A stretch of DNA of 60,504 bases, the filler included, from Streblomastix strix (Eukaryota): the NCBI GenBank assembly GCA_008636045.1. It is 2 parts of 2 records of this genome, joined end to end, with 100 filler letters (N's around TTAATTAATTAA, not from the genome) between each part and the next. Parts side by side here need not be neighbours in the genome. Positions count along the whole stretch, not along the records: positions 1 to 30,239 come from SNRW01000093.1; 1 more part is not named here. The stretch is one strand, 5' to 3'. The position numbers were made by a program, and so were the translations under genes. This document shows, in pieces, positions 12,831-28,000 of this stretch. Below the pieces are notes generated by a model, which was not told the DNA's origin, ran no database searches, and saw only the letters and a list, made by a program, of their open reading frames with translations. Within the stretch, counting starts at the first letter, position 1. Each line of letters begins with the position of its first letter.

Positions 12831-13216
12831 GTAAAAACTAGTTTAATTATTAACAATAATAAATAAATAACTCGATAAAAACAATAAATTCCAATGAAAA
12901 AATAAAATTTTGAAATAGAAAATAGTCTGAATTCGAAGTAATCAAAAGAAAATATTTACCATTCTATTTTAATATTATCAGGAACAAAGTTGGAACAGAA
13001 AATTGAAAAAAAAACAGTTCGATTTTTTAAAAGTTTGAACAATTTGATACATTCATGTTTATTAGCTGTGTAATGCAATGATAACTGCAGAAATGCTTTA
13101 ATAAATAGTTTTAGTTTCTTGCTGGTGGAACATTTATAAAAAACTCGATTTATGCTTTAAATTAATTTGTATTTATAGCTATTATCTGGTAATAGTTTGA
13201 TATAATTTGATTATAT

Positions 13217-16200
13217 ATGGAAGTAGGCAGTCTTCCCGAAGAGGCTGACTTTGTTGTTTGTGATGGTATATCATTCTAAGTCTCACACGATGCCCTTCTT
13301 GCTTTTCTCATGCATAATGGAGAAATGTAGTATGATAATATATTATTTTTATGTTCATTATTTTTATAATTAATCTTTGCTAATTTTTTGCATATAATAA
13401 TTTATTTTTTGCGATAAAAAAGATAAAATGACGAAGAAGACCAGCCAGAAACAGAGTAAATAGTTAATGAGATTACCCTTCAGAATCAAAAAGAATAATA
13501 ACGCAGAAAAGATGCGCTTATGATGGCGTTTGGTGGTAGTGTGTATTTTGAAGAAGATGCCGAGACAGAGAAATAACTTCTACTCTCTGGTGATGATTCT
13601 GCCATCGAGGAAGAAGTAGAAGATGATTATGATGAGTTTTAAGATGACGAAGTTGATGAGTCGTAAGATACCAATCCAAGACATGATATGATAAGACAAC
13701 ATAGCTCGCTGGAGGCATCAAACCCAGAATAATCAGATAATGCGAACTCATAACCATCTCCGGCATAGACTCCGATCTCATCTGCTGGTTCTTCTGTTTC
13801 ATCTGAATCTGATGTTGGAAGTGCAAGAACCTCTAATTCTCAAAAATCAAAAATATAGGATTCTTCACAATCATAAATCACAGGTAACATTTACAGCTAA
13901 GATTTAAACTCAACTTTTAATTCAAGGACTTTGCCCCATAATGTGTCTTAGAGTCCATATTAGATGAATAAGTTTTAAATGGGCAAACTTTAGACTTATA
14001 GTGTTGAATAATTGCTTCCTTCTAAATTCAATGCACACAATAATATCATAGAATCATCTCCTGCAAATTCACAGTTGAGTATCGAAAATATTTAAGAATC
14101 GCACAGAAAACACACAACTCAAGAATAATCAAATAACAATCCATAATTCACAAGAAGCCCACGAAATGTGGGAAAATTAGACACAAGACGCACAAAAAAG
14201 AAGCGAGAATTCAGTTTTGTTGTATCAAGTGGAGTTGCAACTATTCCAATATAAGAATAAGATACTAGATCTTAAATACATCATCTATCACAGAAGAGTC
14301 TACAGACAAATTTTTCACTTCATCTTCCTCATTCATCTTTGACTTCCATTGTAGATTCAAAACCTTCTGGATCTTTCTCTATTCAATAATCACCAAGAAT
14401 CAACAAAGCAAATAATTAATTATAATCAAGTTCAGTGGATATATAAAATGGATCTGATTATTTGGGTCATTAGAACTAACCAATGGTTGTATCTCCAGTT
14501 CATGCAATGAATAAATGGTAATCTGGGAGTGTGTTGATATCTTAGTAATAGGATAATAATGTGTGGATGTAGTAGTATGATGGATAACAATAATAATAAT
14601 AATAATAATAAGTGAATAATATCAAATCTCCGAAAAAACTTTCACTTCCTATCATTTCCTCATAAATAGATCAAATATCATCAGAAACGAATCATGATAC
14701 ATCTGAAGGATAAAAAATTCCATCATATTAAACACCAATCATTACTCGAACACCAATTCATTTAGATCAACAGATGAATTAGATGAACTAATCACCACCT
14801 GATTATGATGTCAGGAATTCAGAGTAGATGACTCCACCTTTCTAATAGTATATAAACTCACATTTGTACAGCTAAGAATCATTGCTGTCACCAAAAGAAT
14901 AGAGTATGAATGGAGATTAAGGAATATAGTCATTCCACTAATTGACACAGATTACTGAACAGGATAATAAAGTGATAATTCCTGATTATATAATAAATAT
15001 GAGAGCTAATATGTTGAGTTTAAGAAGTTATAAAATATAACAACGAAGAAAAATATTAGAATAGATGAAAGATAGTTAAATGAATAAAGAATAAAAGTAA
15101 CAATAACAACAATAACAACAATATATAAACCATATTTAAATAGCAGATAATGAATATAATGACTCAATATCATTCTCGAACAATTTTGAAGTTGGATAAT
15201 TTTTCTTATCCCTTCTGAATGGAGAATAATTCATTATTAATAGTGAATTGAAATAAGACAAATAAACATAAGATATTAAATACAAATTATAAGAAGATAT
15301 CCCCAGACATTAACTCTTCTATGTTCAGCTGTACAAAGACTGGTTCAACTGCCTTAATATAACAAAGATCATCCGAATGAACAAGAATGAGATCAATTAT
15401 AGATCAGGTAATAACACAAGATATATATCTCAACTATACTATGATAAAGTGTTAATACCCAATTCATAATATTCGTCAGATATTGATATTGTCAGAGGGG
15501 AATAGAACATATTCTTACTCAATCTGGTTCCAGCGAGTTTCCTATCACACAAATTGACTGCAATGACATACCCATCTTTCTTATCTAATTTTGAGTAGAC
15601 AACGATGCACTTCATGTAATAGAAAGTGCAGTAGAAATATGCTGACAATCACGAAGAAGTGTAATAATGGATTGACAGGAGGAATAAGTTTAATAGGGAT
15701 ATCGTTAGTATAACTTAGAAGAAGAGGATTTACAGAAGAATATCGAAAGCAAATAAGTCATAAAAATTATCAGATAAATCAAAGAAATTAATCAATGAGT
15801 TGCATAAGTCATAATCAACACTATTTATGGTATAATCAATAAAAGATGATACTAAAGAACGTGTATTAAAGAGAACCATGCACAATCGTAGAAGACTCAA
15901 AAGATAAAGTCTGTTGTATCAACTTGAATTAATAGCAAATCAAATTGGCTTCAAATCCACAGCAAGATCAAATTCATATACTGGACCTAATATTCTTGTT
16001 AAATAAAGTGCAAGTCTTGGTTTTGGACCTGTTAAAAGTAAGTAACAAACACTTAAAGATAATTTAATAGAAAAACAGAACTCATTAACTTCATTTCGCA
16101 GTAAATCATAAATGAAAGAAAAAAGACCAATAAAATCAATATAATTCCAGTAACAGAAAAAGGGAGAAAGTTTTGATAAAATTGAATAGAAAAATAATTT

Positions 16201-19200
16201 TTAGGCCAATAATCAGATTTAAGATGTTAATGAGAGTGTTTTAGTTAATCCTCAATTAAATACAAATGCGATTTTTGGACCTAAAGAGATTATAACAAAG
16301 GAAAAACCATAATTATCTGAAAAACAAGAAAAAAAGGAAAAACAAAAAACAAACCAATAATATATTAATAAAAAGAAAGAAATTAAATAATTAGAGAATG
16401 AGATAAATCAGAAGCATAATGATCCTGATTAAAGATCTAATTCTACACTCAATACAGACTAAACTAACTCTAAAACCTCCTTATCAACAAATCTAGTGTC
16501 TAATATAAACTGTTCCTCTTCATCTTAATCACAATTTGTCACATCTCAATTGGCACAACAAAATGATATACAATAAACAATTATTGATAAAAATAGAGAT
16601 GTAAATAAAGGAGTAAATTCATCATTTACTGATCAAAGAGAAAAACAATAACAAAAAAGAAGAGAATCATTTGCTAAATATCAAAATTAATAATTGATGA
16701 ACTTAAAAGATAAAGAATAAGAGTAAGAATAAGAAAATGATATTAATCAAGACTCAACATTAAAAAGAAAATAAAAGAAGAATCGATCGAGTATAATTAA
16801 ACAAAAGAGAATAAGCACCATAAGTAACAAAGCAGAATAAGATAGATAGTCATATTCTGATGATGAATCATACTCATCTTCATCATCTTATAATCTATCA
16901 GCCAATTCATACAACTCAATTTTCTCATCTACTTCAGTGTCAAGTTCAGTGTCATACACTTCAAACTCACACAACTCTGTTCATTCAAATAATTCATAGA
17001 ACAGCGAAAACCAGCAAAAATAACAGAAACAGCGAAAAAACAGCCGAATTCAGAAATAAGAAACGAATAAGAGCAAAATCAGAAGAAAATCCAGAGTTGA
17101 CAGCAAATTGAGCAGCGAAGATGAAGATTATGGATTTTAGAAGACAGACATGAAGAAGAAGAGGATAAGTAAATAAGAAAATGAGAAGTTGAATAAGAAT
17201 TAGAAGAAGAAAGAAAATAAAGAAAGAAAGAAGAATAGAAGTTCTGTTGTTGCTGATATTCTGGAAACTGATAATTTTAAAGGGAATATTAAACCGGAGA
17301 GTTAGGTAGTAGAAGATTTATAGGTATAATAATAGAATAGATATTAAAATGATTTAGATTAAAAATATATATTCGAATAACAACAAAATATTTAAGAAAG
17401 AAGCAATCAACATACTCCTATAAAAAGTAATAATAACGTTAGCAACACAAATTCCAAATCTGATCCTTCAGTTAACCGCTATTAACCATAATAGATCGCA
17501 TCAGCATAAAAGAACCTTCAATAATACATCAACTATGTACAAACAAAAAAAGGAACAGTAAAAGTCAATGAAGATGCATTGAATATTTTCAGTCCACTTC
17601 ATTGGGAGAAAATCACAGAAAAGAAGATGAGAAAAACGGAAAGTTTTGACCAGTCATATGTTAGTACTAATAGCTGCCATACATCAGGCAGATATGATAC
17701 AAGTAATGATTCATTGAATTTCTTCAACAGTGAATAATAACATTAGATTGCATAACATGGGATTAATTTATCAGCTTTATCTTCATCACTAACATCTCTC
17801 CCACTTCCAATAAGGAACAATAATAATTATACCAATGTATAACATAATCAACAATAATTCTTCTATACAACACCAACACCCAATAATTTAATCTCTTCTA
17901 AAACTTCAACTGGTTTCACTCCAATAATCAATTCATAATAATCACAAAGAGATCAAGTTTCACATTCACTTCAAAATATTGGGAACAATAATAATAAGAG
18001 ATAATTATCATAACAACAATATTCAGGAAGGGGGAAAATGAAAGGAAGTTAAACAGACAGGAAAACAGAAAGGGAGAAAGAAACAGAAAAAGAAATTGAC
18101 TTATTCCTTCAGAATTAAGCTTTGATCCAATAATAGAATCCATTTTCTATTCAGAGTCACTAAAATATGCTGAATAACAGTGGGATTTTCTCTGAAAGGA
18201 GTAATTTAAAGGTGAAATAATAAATTAGACCTCATCCTCTTCCTCCTTTGAAAGGACTTACTTATCAACAAAGACTTTCTCCTTCTCCTCCAACAATATA
18301 AAACAACATTTAATAACCGAAAAATTAACATTAAAATCAATAATAGTAATAATAGTAATAATATAGTGCATTAAATTAAACTAATACATCAATATCATCA
18401 TAATTCCTCCATAATTAAGATAATATATCATATTCAAGCTTTACAACACAATCTTTCTCATTATCAGGAACCTAATCAGATTTTAACAGTCCTGAATAAT
18501 AAAATTAATCATCATTGAAACATCTTCAACAGCAATAGTGTCTATCAGAATAAATACTCCATTCTTAATTGTAGTAAATTTCTTCCTAATAAAAAGAAAT
18601 GGACAACAACAATGCCAATTCTAGTTCACCTCCTGAAAGAGTATAACTCCCCCAAATCAAAGAGAGAAGATCTTCAATATCTGCTAAAGGGAATAGAACA
18701 AATAAAATATAAGAGAATAAAAAGACTCTCAATAAGGATATAAATGGAAATGAATAGAATGTGATTCAATAGCCGATATATACATCAACTAATAAGAATG
18801 TGAATGCTGATAAACTTAGACAGGATATTGGTGCTGATTTATCGAATATGAGAAAGAAAATGCAGGATAATTACTAAACAAGTCCTCAGCAAATATAGAT
18901 ATAATAACAATAAAATCAATAACCAATTATAGATTCATAAATAACACCCATACAATTACGTCTTACTGGTCATTCTCCAGTGTTTTAACACGCGAATATG
19001 TTGAAATAAGGAGGAACCACCCCAGACATTAACGATGATAAGAGAAATGTCATAATTAATGAAATATTAAATTAAAGCTAATCTGTTGAATAAAAAGTGA
19101 AAGATAAAGAGAAATAATAACAATAATAAAAGAATCAATTTCATTTCACTTAATCAAATAAACCTTCTCTCTTCAAATAATTACAAACACAATAAAATAT

Positions 19201-22200
19201 AAAATAAGAAATATAATAAGAAATTCAATTACATAATTAAATAGATGAAAAACGAGATGAAAATGACCCAAATTAAAACTCAGAGCATCCTCACAAGCAC
19301 CATTTACATACTATTCATAAAAGAAGAAAAGATTCCAAAACATATTTATAATAAGAATAACAAATCAAACATCATCATCATCAACACCACAAACATCATC
19401 ATCATCATCATCCAAAAGATGTTGAATCTGTTTCATTGATGAAGTCAAAGTTAAGCAAAGAGTAATTGTCAAAATTGAGACAATCTCGACTTCAACTGAA
19501 AGAATTGAAGAAGAGCGTGAAAATGAATTATTAGCCTGTATTCAAGAGCAAGTTTAAGTATGAAATATATTAATGAAAATAAATAAACTGATTACAATCA
19601 TATATTTTTCACAATAATTTATTATTCAAAGGCAACTTCATCTTCCATTTGTGTCAAACATTCATATTTCTTCACCTGAACCTCTCATTGGTTTGAAATA
19701 TATTGAAATTATAAATTGATGAAATAAATTATTTTAAAATATTTTAAAATTTAATCTATTATTTATTCTTATTAAATTATAGGAGCCAACACAAATGATC
19801 TCACATTTATGTTTAATAATGCTCCATTGCCTTCTGTGAAGGAAATAGAAGCTTTGTGTAAGTAGAGGGGTATGAAAGAAGATAAAGGATAATATATATA
19901 TATAATTAATTAAAAATAAAATATATTTATTATTTATTTATTTATTTATTTTATAAATATTATGAATTCTATATAATCAGGTGTTGAAGTAGAAATTGAA
20001 GATGAATATGAATGGATCCTTCCATGCTCATTCTCCATTCCTGGTCTTGATGTTAACAAATCACTCAAATACATGCGGAGATTCGGAGAAACTCTGAAAT
20101 TTGATGCTTTTGACTTTGCAGTATTGACAGCTAAACATCCACTGTGTGTATTTGCATTCTGGTTGTTGAGTAAGATTGGCATTGTTAAAGAGCTCGGAGT
20201 TGAAAGAGGAACATTATAGGTATAATTTTGAGTAATAATTAATGAATTATTTCATAAATTTATCATAATTAACATAATTTTCATTTTTTTTATGTTATTT
20301 CATTTTATTCTATTTATTCATTGTTCATATTTAATATATAATAGGAATTCCTTATTGTAGCTGATTCTCTCTATAACACATGTCTTGTTCAATATCACAC
20401 ATCCATACATGCAACAGATGTACTTCAACTATTCCATATATTACTTCATGTTAATGATAATGTATATCACTTAGCAAATAATGCTGCTTTATAATCTGTC
20501 CAGTTTAATTAAGTTAATTCATAGTATAACTCACCATTGGAAAGTAATATGTTGTCGAGTAGTTCATTTATTGATAAGGAAAATGAAAAAGAAAAAGAAA
20601 AAGAAAACAATACAAAAAAAAGAAAAACCGTTTTGGCTCAATTGAAGAAAAGAAAAGATGAAGCAGTTAGATAAGCTTACTAATAAGGGGAGATAACTAA
20701 GAATTATCCGCCAATTGAGATATTTGCTATGTATATTGCTGCTATATGTCATGACCTATCTCATCCAGGTTTATTATATTCCATTAATTTCTCATTCTTA
20801 TTTTTAATTAAATTATTCATTTGTTTATATATATGTTAATTCATTCAGGTGTTTCAAATGCATTTCTTTCTGCTTCTGAACATCCAGTTGCTCAACATTT
20901 CAACTACAAATCACCTCTTGAGTCATTTCACGCTCAAACAGCACTCAATATTATTAGAATGATGCCTGGATGTGATATAACTAAATGTATAAAAATTAAT
21001 TATTAAATAATAAATTATTATTCATTATTTATTCTTTTGTTATTATTTATTAAATTCTCATATACAATATTTATCAGCCTTTGCCGAAATTCCAGCAAAA
21101 ATGCAAGTTTTCCGTCGTATCTTGATCGAAGCAATTCTGTCAACCGATGCAGGAGTATGATTTTAATTTCATAATTTATATTATTTTCATATATATTATA
21201 TATTTGATATAATTATAAAGGTAAGTCACTTCACCACCAATCGTGAGCTCAATGCCAAAGTAGTCACAATCATAGAACCAGTCTCGTCATAAGATCACAC
21301 TCCATCCAAATAAATGAGTCTTCTATAACAGGCTAACAACTTACATTCAAAGTTTTCTTTCTCATCACCAAATTTAACCCCAATGTCTGTCATTTCATAA
21401 ACATAGTCATTCACAAACTAGTAACAGCAGGCAGATCCATTTTCATCATCTACTGAATCACTTATGGGAAATAATAGTAATAATAATAGTAATAATAACA
21501 CCAATCAGTCATAAGGATTAAAAATTTCACAGAAGATGATGTAGTAAATGAAGAGGAAGAATGCACTTATTATAATGAAGCCTAAAGTGTATGGTACTTC
21601 AACTTCAAGTCCCACAACTCCAGTATTTGGTCATCATGAATATTTTGATGAATTTGAATCAGAATAAGGGAATGAAATATTATAATAAGACAAAGAGACT
21701 GAACTATAGATGAATTTATAGCAGGTTATTGATGATACAAATAAAGATGGAAATGAAAGTGATTAAATTAAGGAAAATAATAAGAAAAGAAAAAGAATTG
21801 GAATTGAAATAGAGATTACAAAAGCAGAAGAAGAAAAGAGCAAAGAAAAGACCGTATTTGAATAAAACCCACAATCAATAAGTAAATAATAAAGAAAATT
21901 AGCCAAACCATCACAACTATCATAAGGAATAAGTGATTCACAAGAAATTGATGATAAGGAGAATGAAGGTGATAAATAAGAGAAAAAGACTGACATTAGT
22001 GACAATAACAAATTAAACAACACTTCAACTAATTATAAATCTGATTTGAAACAGCCCCAACGTCGAATATCAACTTTTTCTAACAAAATACCCTCATAAT
22101 TAACATACATTCGACCTCGAGCTGATTCACTCGCAGATTAATTACATTCATTAAAGCTGAATAACCAATTAATATCCCCATAAAATAACTAATTAATATC

Positions 22201-23622
22201 CCCATAAAATAACCAATTAATATCCCCATAGAATAACCAATTAATATCCCCACAGAATTCAAACAAAGAATAAACCTAAGAATAAACATCTAATTCACAA
22301 ACAGCGAGTCGGAATTCTCCTTCACCATCAAGTATAGTGAGTCCATCTCGAAGGTCGAGTTTAGCTGCTCCTAAAATGCCCAGACGCTCTTTGATAGTCA
22401 ATGTCATATCACCATCATATTAGTCTATGCTGAAGAAACACGACTTCTCAGATGTAGACTAAGTTGATAAACATTCTCAATCGTAGAGCTAATTAACACC
22501 GTATTCACCTTCTTAGCATTAATCAATGGCTTCACTGTAATAATTAATAGAAGAAAATAAACAATAGGAACCTGTGATGAAACAAGTGTCTAATTTGGAT
22601 CTGGCAAAGAATCCAGCAGATAGACTTCTGCTTTGTTAGGTTTGATGATATAATTGATTAAAGAAAATGCATTAAATAATTCATTTTTCTGTTATTAATT
22701 CATAATTTAATTAATATTTGCTTTATACAGGGCATTCTTGGTTGTGCAGATATGGGCAGTCAATGCAGACAATTCAAAATAGCGAAGAAAGCTACACTCG
22801 CTGTATCAAGGGAGTTCTTCTAACAGGTATAATTATTTATTATTATTTANNNNNNNNNNNNNNNNNNNNNNNNNNNNNNNNNNNNNNNNNNNNNNNNNNN
22901 NNNNNNNNNNNNNNNNNNNNNNNNNNNNNNNNNNNNNNNNNNNNNNNNNTTATACAGGGCATTCTTGGTTGTGCAGATATGGGCAGTCAATGCAGACAAT
23001 TCAAAATAGCGAAGAAAGCTACACTCGCTGTATCAAGGGAGTTCTTCTAACAGGTATAATTATTTATTATTATTTAATATTATTATTTATTATTATTATT
23101 TATTATATATTTATGTTATTATAAAATATAAAGGGTGATCTTGAACGTATGGGAAAGATGGCTGTCTCAAAGTTTATGGACAGAACTACAGCAAATGATA
23201 AAGAAATAGCCAATAGCTAAATTGGATTTATTGATTTCTTACTTGGTTTGTTTTTAAACATTTTGTACCCATAATATTTATGTTTATTTCTCCTTAATTA
23301 TTTATATATATTAATATTAGGCCCATTAATAGATGCAGTCTCACCACATATTAATGCAGATCTCCGAGTGAAGACCGAATTAAACCACAACAGAAGCGCC
23401 TGGAGAAGAATCGCTTTAGGATGTGAACCAGATGATGAAGAAGACATATCTGATGTAGAATGCAGCAATGAGGTATTTAATCCTATAGGAGTTGGTGATG
23501 CTGATAAAAGTAAGTATCAGTTCCTTGGAGAGAGATTTGATGAGTTGATGAGCGCAGATTTGGGCGAGATACTCAATGCTATTGATGTGGCATTTGGAAA
23601 ATAGGAGGGGAAAAGTGAATGA
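13217..23622 (+). CDS. Class I 3',5'-cyclic nucleotide phosphodiesterase with a very long low-complexity N-terminus
   Basis: Exon 1 13217-13326; ~6 kb exon 13423-~19557 with no in-frame TGA (one apparent homopolymer slip near 13510); catalytic exons give YHTSIHATDV, AAICHDLSHPGVSNAF, LESFH, ILSTD, GCADMG, EFFQQGD, SQIGFIDF; TGA 23620-23622. Confidence 0.88.
22160..22255 (+). repeat. Coding 24-bp repeat x4 (NNQLISPQ) in the PDE insert
   Basis: AATAAC(C/T)AATTAATATCCCCA followed by TAA, TAA, TAG, CAG in the four units. Confidence 0.9.
22725..23075 (+). other. Assembly gap flanked by a duplicated PDE exon (likely artefact)
   Basis: The GILGCADMGSQCRQF...EFFQQ exon and its flanks are identical on both sides of the 100-N gap at 22850-22949. 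Confidence 0.8.
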
Positions 23623-23926
23623 ACAATTTTGATTGAATTGACTTTGAGATTATTTATTACGGTTTCTATAAATGTATTTAAAACTTTTATCTTTTTTTAA
23701 CATTTTTTATAAGGATTTAATAATATACATTCATTTCTTAGTAATAATTAGGACAAAAACTAAATTAGTTATTATGTTTTTGAACGCAAATTGCTAATAG
23801 AATTTATATTTAAACATCACTTCATTTATATTATTTGTAATATAAATAGCATGTTATATAAAAATTAATCATATTTATATATTTATTTATTATTATCATT
23901 TAAATCACTCTTTTGTTTAGCATTAC

Positions 23927-24430
23927 TCAACCTACGTGAATCTTAATTTGATTTTCATGTACCATTCCGTTATCGACAAGGAATTTCTTTAATTGATCTC
24001 GGAAATCACCTTTGCAAAGAAATAAATTATAATTAATTTAATAAAAATGGAATAAAAAAGATAAATGTGAAACCATTAACTCTTAAAACTCTTCCGAATT
24101 CTTTATCGTCTACAATACTGCCTCCACAATTAAAGTCCTAATTTAAAAAATACGAATTAGTATTAGAAGTTAAAATAATAATAAAAAAACCTTTTAAAGA
24201 CGCTTTAAAACTGCATCGAAATTGACCATGTCATTGAATCCAGTTATTGTAGTAACTTTCTTTTTTCCAACACGATTCTGCACACGTAAATGTATGAGTC
24301 CATCAGCTCCAGCAGCAGTTTCTTCAATCTCACTCTTAAATGGATCAACTTTAAAAATTCAGAAATTTCAATTCATTAAAAAAATGGTTATAAGCAAACC
24401 TTATGTTATTCCAGGAATATTTGTTGACAT
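23927..24430 (-). CDS. SUI1: Translation initiation factor eIF1/SUI1 (4 exons)
   Basis: MSTNIPGITQ.DPFKSEIEE...LIHLRVQNRVGKKKVTTITGF...VLKRLQKDFNCGGSIVDDKEFGRVLRVNGDFRDQLKKFLVDNGMVHENQIKIHVG*; three GT-AG introns. Confidence 0.88.
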
Positions 24431-25071
24431 GATTTTCTGTATGTGAGCAAATTAAAGTTAAAAATTAGAATAAATTCCAGATAAATAGAAAAAAAAATTT
24501 AGAATCAACTTCTGGTATTAAAGCGCTAGTAATGTTTAGAATGTATTTATAACAAAATGTATATGCATATGAAACAAAACACAAAATTTTATTGAATAAA
24601 TTTATTAATACTTAACAATCAAAGCGAAAGTCGACTTTTATTAATAAAATTTTTGTAAGGAATTTCTAGGGTTATTAGAGTATTAAATCAAAGTTAATAA
24701 GTAAAATTATATTTAAAATAATTGCAACTTTATTAAATCAATAAATGAATATAATTTGTAGATGTCAAGATTTTAGTTACAAATTCTTTAATTTTTCTGG
24801 TTGTGTACAGTATAAATAATGTTATAACACAAATTTAAGTGTTAAATCGTCCTTAAAATATCAATTTATTTATGAAGTACCTTGCAAATGACTGCGAAGC
24901 GAGCTTTCTTTGCGCCAAATTATTAAGAAAAATGTCTATTCAAAACTAAATACTATGAATTTATTTATAGATTAAGTTCAAAAATATTTCCAATGAAATG
25001 AATAAAAGAATTGTGCAATATTGAAGAAAATAGAGCTGTGAGATGAAAAATTATTAAGCATTATGTTAATT

Positions 25072-28000
25072 TCAAAGATCAATCTGTTCCCCTAAGGATT
25101 CAAAAACATCGCTTGGTCGCAACTGCCTGAAGCACACTCGGAAATCGGGGTTGTCCTAAGATAATAAAGAAATAAAAAATATATGTAATATTAAATGAGG
25201 AATTCTTCATAATTATTAATATAAACCTTTTGTGCGCCAGATTTCACAAGAATCTCTTTTAGTTTGCGTTCTATCTTTGCAACTTCAGCTGTAGGCCTTG
25301 GTACTTTATCTGGCGGAAGAATTTAGTGAGGTTCTTAAGTTCCTATTTATAACTGTGTAAATTTAGAATAATAAAGAACGTATTAATAATAAGAAATAAC
25401 TTTTCTCTTTATATTAATAATTATGACATACCTAATTGTTTGGTGTGTGAATGAATGAGTTCCAATCTGTTCTCCCATGAATGATGTTTGTATATCCCTC
25501 TATAACATAATGAATGAATAAATAAATAAATAAATAAACAATTAATAAAATAAAGATAATAATAACAATAATAATAATAATAATAACAATACCATATTCA
25601 TCAGCAACAGGTTTAATATAAGTAGAGAATCTGTTATTCTGCAAGTCAGCCTGCAACTTGTCTCTCTTCCTCCTGATTCTGGCAACATCAGCAATTCTCC
25701 TTCTTTCTTATTTCTCTTTTTGTCTCTTCAATTATTCCTTCTCTGCTTTCAATTATGCTTTCTTCATTACAATTGAAGGGATCTGCTTAAATGGGTTTAT
25801 TGGAAGAGATCTTTGTGATGATGTTGGAGCTTCTCCTTCTTCTTCTTCATCTTCATCAAAACTATCGTCATACTCAATCTCTTCTGATTCTTATGTTTTC
25901 AGTTCTCTTTCTGTACTGGATGGAATATAAGAACCAAATTGAACCTTTGGAATTGTCTTTTCTTTGTCTTTAATTCCACTCCCATATTTAAATGTTGCTA
26001 TGTTTATAGGTTGAGTCTTTGTATTATATTTCTGCTCTTAATGAACAAGATCAGTTCCTGATGGTAATCCTGGTGAATATGGAATCTATACTTGGATATT
26101 CTATGGGATTTGTTTGGAAGATGTATGTTCAGCTGTTTTCAATTATCCTTTGTCGTTTACGGATGAAGTTATTTTGATTTAATCTGATTGTGTTATATCC
26201 ATGACTGTAACTGGCAATCCTCTGACATCCAATTAATGTGATGAATATCCAGATTATGGCTTTGGTTTTAATATTGATTGTTATTGTTATTATTATTATT
26301 ATGTAGATGTAGATTACTGAGTCTGTATTTTAATTGGAGTTCTTTATTGAGGTTATTATTGTTAATATTATTGATTTGGAAGTTGTGATGTTAATTATGA
26401 ATACTATTTTGTATTCAATGGAGGAAGGCGATTATCGTTATCACTATTTTATTATTATATTTCCGAACCTTGTGTGAAAACCACTCCATTCTATCCTTAG
26501 AATTACTTAAACGATGGAACATTACCCTTATTCCCTTACATATTATCATCCTCAATATATTTATGGTCAGATAAATACTTCTCAATGACACTTGGTTCAG
26601 GCTGAGGTGGAGCTGTGAATAAGTATTGAAATGGAGACGGTTTGCTTATCCCCTTTTAACCTTCAATTCTTTGTGTGAGTGATTATGAGAGTTCCTTGAT
26701 TGGTTGTGTGCCTGTTGAATCTCTTTGATTCTGATTGCCCTCTTTCATAGAGCCATACATGGTACCATTGTTGTATCCTTGATCAGATGCATATGGACCT
26801 GATAATCTTTCTCTCCAGGGAGTGTTCTTATCGAATGTTTGTGAATTCCTTCTGCTTACGAGCTTGAATCCTGGGATTATAATCGTCTTCTACTTTAATG
26901 CAGGTGTTATAATCACAATCTGAGTTGGCTCATACTATGGTTTATGAATTGTGTATAGGTTTGCATTTGGAGATCCACTTCTTGATTGATGTGCAGTTTC
27001 TGAATTGAATGGTGAGATAGCTCTTTATATGACACTATCTACCTATAGATTGGATGGAGTTACAGAAGCAGTTGTTGGAAATTATTGTATTGTATCTTCT
27101 TATTTAACTTCAGTTCTTGGTTTGAGGGGTATTTCTTCTAAACCCAACTGGTTTCCAGGCCAAATTATCCTGTCTAAATTCTGCTTTGCTTTCTCTCTCA
27201 TTACACTTTTGATCTTCTTCTTCTATTTAAGAGAATCTATTCTGTCTGTTTCATCAATTGTGATGCTCTTCCATTTCTTCTCATAGAACTTATTCAACTG
27301 TTTGATTGGGTCATTTTCTTCTCTTAATCTTTTTTATTCTTCTTCTCTTATTTTATCTTCGTCATATTCGTCTTCTTCATCTTCATCATCTTCTTCAACC
27401 AATAAGTCTTTATCACTGAGACCTGTTTTCTCTTTGATTATATCGAAGTCTGATGGGGGCTGTGAAAAAGCTGGATTACTAATGGAATATAATAGAATAT
27501 AATAATATACAGAATAAAGAATATAATGTTATATATTGAAGAAGTTAAATTTAAATAGATGAATGTGAAATAAATAATAATAATAAAATATTATTAATTT
27601 TCATACGTTTTAGAATTAACCTAGAATGCAGGACGAAGAAATATTGGAATTGTTCCTTCTATTTATTTAATACGAGTAGAAAAATTATAAATGAAAATAT
27701 GATATTAATAATATAAATTTATTATTCTATTCTTTTGTATTTAATATAATAAATACCTTTTCTACTTTCATATTCTCTTCCTTAAACTGGAATTGTCCTT
27801 ATATTTGCTTTAGATTTTTTATATTAACTTTTTGACATTCCTGGATATGTGCTTTCTGTTGTAGGTAATAAAAATATTGAAATGTTAAATATATTAATAA
27901 TTTAATAGAAAAAAAGTGAATATAAAAAATAATTAATTTATTTATTTTATTAAATATATTTAATTGTATACCAAATAAATTCTCATTTGTGCCATCATCC

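Noticed and set aside
13500..13515. Programmed frameshift in the PDE 5' region
   Set aside because: One missing A in a homopolymer explains it; no stimulatory structure seen; sequencing error likelier.
13423..19557. General UGA=Trp (all three stops reassigned)
   Set aside because: No in-frame TGA in ~2000 codons of this exon, Trp is TGG there, and traced genes terminate at TGA.
22725..23075. Tandem exon duplication / alternative exon in the PDE
   Set aside because: Copies are identical and directly flank an N gap: unmerged contig overlap is more likely.
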